A DNA stretch of 64,000 nucleotides, taken from NCBI GenBank assembly GCA_024704765.1, contig JAKMXF010000017.1:32322-96321 (forward strand), written 5' to 3'. The DNA comes from Oopsacas minuta. Its lineage: Eukaryota > Animalia > Porifera. A program made the translations under genes and the position numbers. The notes beneath the pieces are model-generated. The model was not told where the DNA came from. It did no database searches and was given only the letters and a program-made list of their open reading frames with translations. Numbering within the stretch: the stretch's first letter is position 1; every line of letters begins with the position of its first letter. Shown in pieces: positions 25,890 through 37,128 of the stretch.

Positions 25890-27049
25890 ATGGCAACAAA
25901 TCAGCCCATAATTGTACCAGTTAATGAATTGGCACAATTCGATTATGTCGCTACTCAAATCATGAATAAGTTCGATCTCCTAATTAAGCAGCTGATCGCG
26001 AGGAGGGACGCTCTCCTTGGGAAACTCAGAGATATGAAATGGAATATTTATCAAAAGAGAGTACCCGTAAGGCAGCCATGCAGGAACTGGCCAATACTCA
26101 ACGACACATGGAGGCGCTAAGTCTGAAAGTTAATGAGAACAAAGATCTCCATCAACAGATCACTGACCTATATCAACAGCGCATCAAACAGCTGGAGACT
26201 CCCACAAAATTCCAGCAGCCCTTCTTCTCCTGTACGACGCTGTCCCAACTACGAACTCAGATCGCTGAGTTCGGAGAGATGAAAGAATGGGAGCTAGACT
26301 ACTCTGAAGAAAAAACCTATCCTAACTGTTGGGAAGGAAGGGTACGGTAATAATGAATTGAATGCTGCAGGTCTATCTCTAGATGAACCAAATCAGTTAA
26401 TTTACATAGCTGATTATCATAACAGTCGTATCCAAGTTGTGTCTTTTGAAGGAAAATTCTTGAAAAGATTTGGACAAGACATACTCGAAGGACCATGGGG
26501 AATAGCTGTGGCAGAAGATAACGTCTTCATTACGGACAGAGAACTCCACGCTTTGTTACAGTTCAACAAGAAGGATTACAAACTAGTGAAGAGGACTGGT
26601 AACGAAGAAGCAGGAGATGGAGAGCTAAATGAACCACTTGGACTCTGTGTTCACTACAATGGAGACGTGTATATGGCTGATTGTTACAATCACAGAGTTT
26701 CTATATTCTCTAAAGCTCTTGAATTTGTTAATTGTTTGGGTACTCAACAGCTACAACATCCTCAGGATGTTAAAGTTACTCCCACTAGCATTGTAGTGCT
26801 AGACTACAGTCCTAATTGTGTACACTTCTACTCGGGAAGTGGACACCTTATAAACTCATGTACTACTTTTGGGCAGGATGGTGGTGTATCGTCCCTTCTT
26901 CTGTAGTTTGGATGTAGCATGGAATATTCTTATTACTGATCTTTCCGTCACAATATTAAGATACTATCTCCATCAGGAGAGCTATTACACACCATAGGGA
27001 GGATAGAAGATGGGAGAGAAGAATTTACAAATCCATATGGTATTAGTAC
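25890..27049 (+). pseudogene. Coiled-coil + NHL-repeat (TRIM-NHL-like) gene, frameshifted and 3'-truncated by the Transib element
   Basis: Successive frames give a coiled coil, EWELDY, then NHL repeats (IYIADYHNSRIQV, GPWGIAV, PLGLCV..GDVYMADCYNHRVSIF). The last repeat, HTIGR..EFTNPYGIS, stops at CACAGTG. Confidence 0.85.
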
Positions 27050-30047
27050 CACAGTGGCACGGCATGTGGAAATAGGTGAAAAAAATATAACTTCAAATTG
27101 CTTTATAGTGTTGATATTTGAATTCAGCACCCCCACAAACCTCGGAAAACATTTGACATCTCTACAATAGACTTTCCATTTAGCTCCTACGTCTATTCCA
27201 ATGAAAGCATAATTGAAATTCGAAAGATTGATTTATGGTTTCAATTTTCGGTCATGATGTAATTTTGAATAATATGGATTCTCTACGTCAAATAACTGCT
27301 ATTTATAGTATACCAATCGAAAGCTCTTATGTTGCTGAATAATAAATCACGTTAATCTTGGCTCCAATGAACAGATGGAATTTACTATTCTCATTTTAAA
27401 CAAGCTTGTTCGTACAAGTGCAATAAATAGAAACACGTTTCATTAAAACTCTAGTACTTTTTTTGCCTTCACTTGCGGAACTTTCCATTGCACTTTCCTA
27501 ATAGCTCTTTTCGTCCTCTACAAAATACACTTTAAATTATGGTGTCAGGAAGTGTCAACGATATTTTTTTTTGCGATTTTAAATATAATCCATTCACAAT
27601 TATCTAATTTTGGCCCATATAAATCATAAATAATTGTTGTGGTTGTTTATTAGCACATTTTTCATTATGAATAACGAAGATGCATACACGTTCTTAACTG
27701 CACAAAAGAATAAAACAATCACTTCTCTCGCGTCCTCGTTTATTGTCCTCAATAATTTGGAAGAAACAGAGCATGATACAGTTCGGAGAAAATTTTCGAC
27801 CCTCAGAGAAGATAGGAGAGAATACCTGAAACGAGCCGATATAACTACTTGGAATGTGATACCTTTTCATACACCACTTAAACACCCGAGATTGAGTACA
27901 GGTTATCAATGCTCAGATGAAGTCATGGTGATAGGGAGTGTTTCTTCTAGCCAATCAACCTCTGTTTTCGAAGAAGATTTTAGTAAGCCCACCCGTAAGC
28001 CTCTGAGGGAATTATCAACTAAAGGTCTTCGCAGCCGATTGTCCTCCTTACTAACACATCTTGAAAAGGTTGCTGTACAAGAGAATGTTTCCAGTAAAGA
28101 ACTATCCTGTTACCTGATGATGCTATGTTCACAGACTGAATCCGACTTTACTACTACCAAGTTCTGTAAAGAAATTATTGCTAAGGGAAGCTTCGGTCCA
28201 GTCTGCAATGAACTGACCTCCGATAAAGCTGCGTTCTTGATGGATTCTTTAGAAATTGGAAAGAAGAAATACATCGATTTAAGACGTTTATTGCTTTCAG
28301 ATGTCCAGCTTCCAGGTTACAATCGATTAGCTACCCATCGATCTCAAATTTGCTTGACTAATGACATCTTTCAGTTGATCGAGAACATCGGGTAGGCATT
28401 GCTGTATCTTACAAAAAGCTTCTGACTCATACAGTAAACAGAATATTGACTGCTTCTGCCAATGAAATTCCCAGCGCCAGCAATCCTAAAAGGATACGAA
28501 TTTCAGATGGACTTGACGGTTCTGGCTCTCACCGGGTTTATCAGCAAGCGACTCACCCCAATATTTCAACAAAAAGTTTTATTTTATTCGGGTTTAAGGT
28601 GATTTCCATATCCGACACCGATAACAAACTGATTTGGAAAAACCCTCTACCAAATTCTCCTTTCTCAATTAGACCCGTTGCGATACTAGCTCTACAGGAG
28701 AACGAAGACAATATTCGATATCTTATGGATACACTAATCAATAAGGAGTCCACAGAGATAACGGTAAAGGGTTTAGAACTAACAAGCGGATTTTGTGAAG
28801 TTGAAATTCAACGTTCACAATTGGATGGCAAAATGGCTAAGATTATTAGTGGAGTTGGGGGTGCATGTTGCCAGTTCTGTACAGCGACATTCAAACAAAT
28901 CCATGATCCGGATATCGTAAAAGACGGTTTTCCAATTAATCGATCCATCACAGACCTGAAAGTATTATTTGATGAAGTTAACGAAGAGGAGTTTCTATCA
29001 TTATCTTCTGACAACAGATTCAACGTTACACACAGACCAATATCTGACTTAGAAATCATACCCAGTTCGCCTTTGCATGCATATCTCCGATGTTTTGGCT
29101 GGTTTTTACATCTAATTAGCCATTTGCACGCAGGAGTATTTAAGTGGTCACCAACTTCTAAGAGAGTCTCAGATGCTAAAACTTTCGTTACAAGTTTAAT
29201 TAAAGACAATCTCAATATGATTATTGACATCCCTTCAACACAAGGTGGCACAACGACTACTGGTAATGTGGTAAGACGATGCTTGATAAGAAAGGATGAC
29301 AACGATCAAGATTTCCTCTACTGGGTTTTGACAGTGATCCCGTCTGAGTTCAAGTCCCACATAATTGAAATTCACACATGCCTAGGAGCAATCCTACGCG
29401 TCTATAATAGCAGCAGAAGAGTGGATACAGAAGAACTAGCGCTTGTTTGCAGTAATATCTACCAGTCAATTCTCTGTGCATTTCCTTGGGCTAATGTTTC
29501 CCCGACGTTACACAAACTGTTAGCACATGCACCGGAAATCATCTCAACGTTTAATGATGGACATGGGCTAGAGAACTTATCTGAAGAAGGACTAGAGGCT
29601 TCTAACAAATATATTCGGAGATACAGAGATCGTCTTGCTCGCAAGTTTTCATTTGAAGAAAATTTAAAGGATGTATTTGTTCGATTGATTTCTCACAGTG
29701 ATCCCATGCTGTTAATGAATCGCAAGTTTTCTATTCCAAGGCCTCCATCTAGCCAAGGACTTAGAAGTAGCCAAGATATTTTAGTGAACACCCTTATTCG
29801 TGATCATGAAGATCATAATGATGATTAAAAGTAACCTCTCAATCGATTAATAGAAAATTTGGGGAATTTTCACACCTCAGATAGGTGACAATGACGTCAT
29901 AACTTTGTCACCTGAAGGGATAGAGAAAAAATGAGTATCCCATTCGATTCATTGGGCTCGAAAACCTATATGACAATAATACATTTTGAGGACCTATGTG
30001 CCATCAAAATGCCTATTTCCACATTCTGACCATTTCGTGCCACTGTG
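27050..30047 (+). mobile_element. Transib / RAG1-like DNA transposon (2998 bp) with RSS-heptamer termini
   Basis: Both ends start CACAGTGGCACG (27050-27061; reverse complement of 30036-30047) and share ATGTGGAAATAGG internally. It encodes a RAG1-core-like transposase. The 5-bp flanks differ (AGTAC vs CCAAG). Confidence 0.9.
27667..29828 (+). CDS. RAG1-core-like (Transib) DDE transposase, ~720 aa, split by one frameshift near 28368-28372
   Basis: Motifs SDGLDGSGSH (D600-like), SQLDGKM (D708-like), CCQFC (Zn Cys pair), PTLHKLLAHAPEII (cf. RAG1 HKTLAHVPEII) and SEEGLEASNKYIRRYR (E962 region). ORFs 27634-28395 and 28446-29828 join if one T is added to atcttt|cag. Confidence 0.9.
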
Positions 30048-30662
30048 CCAAGCCCCCCCTAAAGTTTACTTAGCCCCTCCTAACACTACGCTATGGCTAC
30101 GGCCCTGTTTTATACACTATTTTGCTATACAAATGAAATATCTATTTTGTGTATTCATCTTAAATTAAAAATATTTGGAATGAACTCATTATCCAACCTC
30201 GTATAGTGTATCCATAAACCATATCATGCGTTCCAGATTCCTTCTGTTGGCCACTTTTGAATGGACGTTGCGATTTCTCGTGAATAAATTAATTAATACA
30301 TACCAATGCCATGATACTAATACCACCGCTAGACAAATTGGGTGGTTTGTGGAGCTAGTAGTATTGTTGCAGTTGTCATGCAATGGTGGTCAGGACGGAC
30401 CTAATGTAGCGACCAAATACAGCAGACATATTCAAGTAAACAATATTAACTTTTATATTAATTATCAATGACTTGGATTGTGTATCAGTGATATCTAAGA
30501 TAGGGGGTTCTAAGCAGCAACCTAGGTTGCTGAGTGCCCTCAAGCTTCATCAACCTATATAGTGACGGAAATCATATATAATAAGGGGGGATTTTTATGT
30601 ACCAATCTAGCTTGCCGGTTAGAAAATTTCTATAAGAGAAAAATGAGTTGTCTAATTCCAGT

Positions 30663-30734
30663 CACTCGATTATCGGGCATTCTGCCAAAGCGGGCAACTT
30701 TTGTTTTGTCCGCAAGTGCCCCGATTATCGAGTG
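30663..30734. mobile_element. Tiny inverted-repeat element
   Basis: cactcgattatcgggca...gccccgattatcgagtg. Confidence 0.4.
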
Positions 30735-31149
30735 CCTAGTGTCTCTACATAATTAATTAGCTGAAAATATTCCAAAGCATAATAGGAATGTAACTTAATA
30801 TGAATTAGTTTGCGTTTCGGATTTACGAATTCCCTAAATAGCTCAAGGCCCTAATATCGTAATAAGTTATGGGGCATAGATTTAATATAAATACAAATAG
30901 GAACATTACAAAAAACTAACAAACAAACTAAAGAAATACAATACATTTACACAAGGGTGTACGAAATACAGAAATAGTCTGACAATAAACTGGACAAACT
31001 GACACTTTTGAGTAGACAGGCCTAGACCTATGACGCCACAACACTAACTACACTAACTACGGAGGAACATTTTTCGAGGAGGAATTGGGAATGGAGAAAT
31101 GAATGGACACCCACTATCTAAACCTATTACATTGAAGTTACTATTCTAC

Positions 31150-32250
31150 TTAACTAAGAAAAAAAATACTTCTGATACGACTATTAGAACCTCTCGGTTT
31201 GAAGGTGTGATGTGCCTTCTTATACAACTTCATGCGTGACATGAACCTTGATTTTAGGTGTTTACTTTTTGTTTCTTTGGTAATTACGCTTTCGCTTTCC
31301 ATCTCTTGAAAACATGGATCATGTATTTTCCCTGCATGCTCAACCTCCATATCTTCCAAGCTGTCGCAATCGGACAGACCTGCCATCAACCCAGCCTGAG
31401 GGAAATAAACATCCCCCAATAGAGAATCGTGTTCAGCCGTAATGCATTGGGTAACATTTGCAAAATTAGGCTCATTCTGAACTTTTTTATTCACTTCAAT
31501 GATCATTTGTGTACGAAAGATTTGAAGGAATTTGCGAAATTCCTTATTTCTGCCATATTTTTCATATTCACCAGGCAGAGCAGAGAGAACCAATGAACCA
31601 GTAATTCTGCAGCGTAATGAGGAAGTACACATTGAACAAGTGTATATATGAAGGAAATCACTGAAGGTAGAAGAACCATTGAAGTTATTCTCATGTTCTC
31701 TCATTATGATTGAATCGAAGACTGGAGATGGAGAATTTGACTGTGGGGAAATAGATTCGTATACAGCTCCTCCTTCTGTCCTACATTTATTGAAGAGGAT
31801 AATTTTTGGCTTGCCTATCATTAGAGGACAATACGTTTCATTGAGGTATGTATCGATTGTTCTATCAAGAAATGGTTTTCCATCAGCAGTTAGAAAACTG
31901 TTCATGTTGCCGTGAGAAGATACCACAACCATAATCACTTTGTGTTCAGGCAGGATACGAGCTTTCCAGATATCTTCAGAAACGTTGCTTGGCCGAATTG
32001 CTGGTGGATTTGTGATGCATGCGAGCCCTTTCTCGATTTCTTTCATTTTTGCGTTCATAAATACGAAAGGCTTCAAGGATAACATACTAGCAAATTTCTC
32101 TATATTTTCCCGCTCAATCAAAGCTCCGTCAGGTTTTCCCTCAGAAGTTTCGTGCATCACGAATATAATTGCATTTCCACAGTAACCTTCTTTATTGGGA
32201 AGCATATCATAGTTTTTGATTTCGAATTCTGAAGCTTCAAAGTCCTGCAT
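31150..32250 (-). CDS. Divergent caspase-family (C14) protease; may have an upstream exon
   Basis: VVVSSHG (catalytic His), CPLMIGKPKIILFNKCR (catalytic Cys), and a p10-like DFLHIYTC..SLR..TGSLVL region. The ATG at 32250 overlaps a good splice acceptor (tatgcag|GAC). Confidence 0.85.
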   Translation of the reverse strand: MQDFEASEFEIKNYDMLPNKEGYCGNAIIFVMHETSEGKPDGALIERENIEKFASMLSLKPFVFMNAKMKEIEKGLACITNPPAIRPSNVSEDIWKARILPEHKVIMVVVSSHGNMNSFLTADGKPFLDRTIDTYLNETYCPLMIGKPKIILFNKCRTEGGAVYESISPQSNSPSPVFDSIIMREHENNFNGSSTFSDFLHIYTCSMCTSSLRCRITGSLVLSALPGEYEKYGRNKEFRKFLQIFRTQMIIEVNKKVQNEPNFANVTQCITAEHDSLLGDVYFPQAGLMAGLSDCDSLEDMEVEHAGKIHDPCFQEMESESVITKETKSKHLKSRFMSRMKLYKKAHHTFKPRGSNSRIRSIFFLS

Positions 32251-32757
32251 ATTTATAGAGAAAACTCTAATATAATACAAAAATGATAAAAAATAAAATA
32301 AGCAAGAATAGAAAATTTCGAGAACAAAATAGGTCAGTTAAAAGTCGAAATTATGTGCGATACTGATTGAAGAACTATTTATGTGAATATATCCATTTTA
32401 TAGCAAGCAGTAATACTATGGATGTATGACAAAATTGCTATACTTGTTTAACATTCAATTCTAATTTTATCCCTAGAGAATGGTGAAGGATCATAAAAGA
32501 TATGATAAAAACACGTGACAGACAGGGTAAACAAGTTAGTATTATTCAGCAAATAGTTTAAACATATCTAAGATGGTGGAATCCTATTATCAAAAGACAG
32601 AAACTACCAAATTAATTATTCAGACAATTATTAGGATTCACTTAACGAAAATAGACAAGTATGAGGTAATCCCAATGATAAAAGTAATTGTTTTGTCTAA
32701 AATTGGTATCACGGGGGATAAGTTCTTGAGTAATCTAACAGCTATTATTACGTGAAA

Positions 32758-32840
32758 ATTGTTATCTACTTTACTGGTATTCCCAGTCGACTGGGAATAC
32801 CAGTAAAGTAGATAACAATGTCTGACTGCAGTCAGACATT
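32758..32840. repeat. Two abutting perfect palindromes (62 bp and 24 bp)
   Basis: 31-bp arms centred on GTCGAC (32758-32819) and 12-bp arms centred on CTGCAG (32817-32840), checked base by base. Confidence 0.95.
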
Positions 32841-33999
32841 TAAAATAGCAATAATCAATGAATAAATGATGGCTATTTACCCTCAGATGAGTAATATATT
32901 AAATTAAAAGCAAATGGCTCTTAAAGTTTGATAATTCGGGTTAATCAGTGTAAATAACATGAACTATCTACCTCCAACTTAACTCAAGGTTTAAGTTCAT
33001 ATTTAAGTATTTAAATCTAATTAAATTACTTTTGCAAATATTTATTGAATTCGATTGTTGTTGATTTGTTATGATTCTTGATGATATACCTGTCATAATT
33101 CTCTCCAAATAAGATCAGATAAGTAAACAGTAAATAGTACTATAATTGATATACGATGTGATATCATCTAACTCTAGGTAGGCAAAAATTGAGCCTATGA
33201 GAAAGATTGACTTGTATGGTGCATTCCTTAGTCAAGCCAAGTTGTCTACAGTCCTCTCCTTTACCAGAGTTGTTGTTGAATTAATTAATTAAGAGTATTT
33301 CTACTCCAAGTCAATCCTTAATCTATGCATATATGATTTCTGTAGGTATGCTAACATGGTTTTCAAAGAATTCTCATGTTCGATTATACTAGAGGGTTTT
33401 CATAATTTTCTAATGAGTATTAACGTCAACTGTTAAAGTGAGTTATGTCAGCAATCGCATTGTGATTTCTAAGGTACTTTTTCTTAGGATTCAGCCAGAA
33501 TTTGTGTATATTTGCAATAAAGAAATTATAATAGGAATTCCCTCATGGCCCCATCAGCAAAATCTGTTAACATGAAAATTCCTATTGGAATTCCAATTCC
33601 AATGGTAACCTTACGCTTGCTTCGTGATAATTATCTGCAAACTACATTTGCCTAGCATTTGGTACATAAAAGAACAGGATATTTTCCAAGCGCATACAGC
33701 TCGCATACAAGCGGATAAATTCCAGCTAGTATGTCTCTAGGCATGCAAAAATATTTCCCAGACTCATATATCGTAATACAAACTGTATAGTCGAAAAGAA
33801 TCCGAAAGTAGTATTAGACGTATGGCCCTGAGATGAAGCGCTGTACCAGACGTAGGTAATATTCATTTAATCTTGGATAAAAAGCTATAATGCAAGATGT
33901 TAGGACTTAGGAGAGAAGATCTATATTATGAGAGCAAATCATTTTCCTAATAGATCTGATTAAACTGTTCCAAATCCACATGAAAACTTGTTTGAAATA

Positions 34000-34640
34000 T
34001 TCGTATATAGTGATAGTATATTATACAGAGCATAAATCCTAAAGTATCAGAATAAACGGAACGCCGAGTATAATTCCAGTTAATATTTGTAGAGCTTGCT
34101 TAATGCTTGAAATGTAAAACATTAGTTTGAATAGGATCAGTTGTTGAGAAATTGTGTGCAAAATTGGCTTGTATTGGATATGATAAGTGAGAAGTAAGTA
34201 GCATTGTCCGAAGTAGAGAATCAATGAAATTGTGAGAAAAACTTACTCATATAAAAGAGATATTATTAAAGATGCACTACCAATGCATAATATCTTAGAG
34301 TTGATTTGGAAACTACTAAGCTGTGCACGTTCCTTCTTATCCGTCCTATACTGTACAAACTGTCCCTTGGAATACTGTGTTAGCGCAGCTCCCAATGTTC
34401 TTACCTGTCTTACGAATTGTATAAAATCCATCGGTGTTAGTATCCCACTTAATGCAAAAGCTATCTGCCAAGTGTATGAGATTGATATGAGTAGCATCAC
34501 AGTTGAGCATTAATCCTAAACATATTATTAATCTTTTGAATGTACTTTTCTTTGTTCTTTCCCATGGATCTCTGAACTTCAGGCCTGTAGCGATTAGCTT
34601 CATTAATCCAATCCCAAAACAGCAAGTCATTATTCCAACA
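34000..34640 (-). pseudogene. Frameshifted multi-pass membrane gene, probably the same 7TM family as 22675-23826
   Basis: Three overlapping hydrophobic ORFs (34346-34630, 34243-34500, 34039-34224) in different frames, with similar helix spacing. Confidence 0.5.
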
Positions 34641-35600
34641 AACGTTTACTGATTCTTGTAATTATTGTGAGAAGGTGTACCATGAATAGTTGGATAATTT
34701 GTGTAGAGTTCATGACTATGTCTTCACGGTATTTGATTAGTCATTGAAAATACTCATTGGGAGTAAAGCAAATTAGATCTTTCCTGTTTCAGATCAGCCT
34801 TTCTCTTGTAATTTAGAAATAGTGGTCAAGGAAACGAATGAATTATTGGAAAACAAATAGAACTCTAACTCAATTGAATTTTAGACTACAAGCTTATAAG
34901 GTTAAGTAACTTACTGCGCATTGCCTAGACTCGGGAACAATAGCTAGCGACAAAATAGATGGAATTTGTGTGACGTCATCAGCCACATAATATTTGAAAC
35001 GCGAATAACTTAATAACGATAGCAGCTAGAGTAAAAATTACAATTGATGACTTGTAGTAGATGGTAGGACGGACCCATTGGACACTATAACGATCACGTC
35101 ACAATAGTGGAGGTGGTGATGACAAAGCAAATTTTTCAAAAAATTGCTTCGAGATGCCAACCTGAAGTCTCGCCAAGCCTAGGGTTTCTTCTCAAAGTCA
35201 AAAGGACTGAGATTTGGTATTTCATCAAAATGTACAGCGATGAATCATAAAATGGCTTGCGATATCACTTTTTCGACCTCTGAAAAAGCGTGAGACTCAC
35301 GTATAAGGAGTGAGAGTTGAATCTCTGAATGCTAATGATTTTGCTCTTATATAATTATCAATACATTTACCACACCTAATCACTATGCTTATCATCAGCT
35401 GTTCTTTCTAAAATTCATTCGTTGGAGGGTTTTTGCAGTCAAAGCGCGTTTTGAATTAAAGTTTAGTCAGTTTGCTTTTGGATCTATTTTTACCATTTCT
35501 TTGTAGGACAATGCAAGAAAATCTATGTATTTCCCACATTCAAATTCTTTACAATCTTAGAAAATATACACAGTAAGAACAAACTGATAAGTAAGAAAAG

Positions 35601-35992
35601 CCTGGTGTAAGCGCATTTTGGGGATCCAGCGATTTAGGGCTCCCCTAAAACGCAGAATTGACCTTGGATTGGCGTTAATATTGCTTTTGAATGTTGCCCA
35701 GTGTTCTCACTATCCCTCAGATGTCTGTCTGTGTGTTTTGAAGCTATATATTCTTATATTGTCATGAACCCAAGGCAAAACCTGTATTACAGTATGAATA
35801 GTAAATATAATCCACCAATTCTAAAATTTAATGTGTTTTTATTAGTTAACTCGATCGAAATCACTTTTAGATATCGCTTCCAAATACACAAACCAAGGTC
35901 TAGAAAGTAGTGAAACCTGCCTTCGGGTAGGGGTCCTATATCGCTGGATTGATCCCTACATCGCTAGAACCCCAAATCGCGCTTACACCGGG
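35601..35992. mobile_element. MITE with ~33-bp TIRs
   Basis: CCTGGTGTAAGCGCATTTTGGGGATCCAGCGAT versus reverse complement CCCGGTGTAAGCGCGATTTGGGGTTCTAGCGAT. Confidence 0.75.
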
Positions 35993-37128
35993 TCTCTACT
36001 TTAGTTTTTTGAATTAACTTTTTCTATTCAAGGTGCGTTTTATAGGATCTATTTGGTTCGAATTGGCTTAACACTCATCTAATAAACTTCGCGCCTACTT
36101 TGACCCAAAAGGTCAAATTGTTGAGGGATATCTCTGGACGTTACCAGCTGAATTTAATGCATTGGGAGACATTTTGACTCATCAAACTCATCGCTACCCA
36201 GATCAATCACCAGACCTCTTGCTTGAATAGTTAGCATCCCACTTCAAATATATTTTTCCCTCTATCTTCTCTTCTGCCCGCTCAGTGAGCTCTCAACCTC
36301 CTGAAACACTTCTCTTATGAGTCTGTCACGAAGTAGCCAATTGGTTTCCACCTGATATATATGATCCCATGGATAACTTATTTCGAAGTAACTTGTCCTC
36401 TATGAAGTAATTTGCACCCTTGTTCTCTATATCACATGCTAATTACTCTTCAAAAAGTGCGTTAAATTACGCTGGCACAATACATTGGTATGATAATTAT
36501 ATTTCGAATTGTGTTGTAAACACTAATTCTAAGTGAAATTTCCGGTGTACACACCTCGGTAGGTTACAATTCTTATCTATATAATCTAATAAATCCCTCT
36601 TTTCTCCGCACAGCCTGCTGTCTTATAATGTATCTTATGTTTTTGTTTAGTTTTATTTTATATAACACACCAAACCTTCCATAGTCCGTTAAATTAACTT
36701 GCATCGTATCATGGTTATCAGCTTCTCAGAGCCATATTTGCCTAAAATGTACTCTCATTCTGTAACGTTTTGATTGTGCATTTAGTATTAAGTTATGGGA
36801 AATTGGCCGAATTTCACCAGTCCTGGCTTTGGTAGAACATACATTTATAAACATGAATTTAGCTGTATACATCAGACAGCTAAACTGGGTTCATATTAAG
36901 CAGGAATCAGCTTGATTTACACCTGATGAGTATTTTGTATTGCTTCAGCCAATTTATTTCTTTGAATAAATAATCATCGTTTTATACACTTCCTAATTGA
37001 AACCCTGATCTGTACTACCAGTATGTCTGGTAGACATCTTTTTGTTTGTATACATTAACCACGAAATCTGTACAGCCACGCTATCACCATATTAATTATC
37101 TATTGCATTAGTATCTCAATGTATTAGC

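Larger units (their letters stand above)
24976..30107. mobile_element. Composite (Pack-like) hAT unit with 12-bp TIRs and 8-bp TSD
   Basis: CAGGGCCGTAGC at 24976-24987 and its reverse complement at 30096-30107. TTTTATAC lies directly outside both ends (24968-24975 and 30108-30115). Confidence 0.8.

Noticed and set aside
27077-27666. RAG2-like gene within the Transib element
   Set aside because: The non-transposase space is too short and has no kelch-like ORF.
30515-30532. 18-bp palindrome cagcaacctaggttgctg (also a 13-bp-arm hairpin at 24286-24316)
   Set aside because: Short, isolated and without supporting context.
36050-36450. Possible small exons or upstream caspase prodomain
   Set aside because: Short open stretches on both strands with stops and no recognisable domain.
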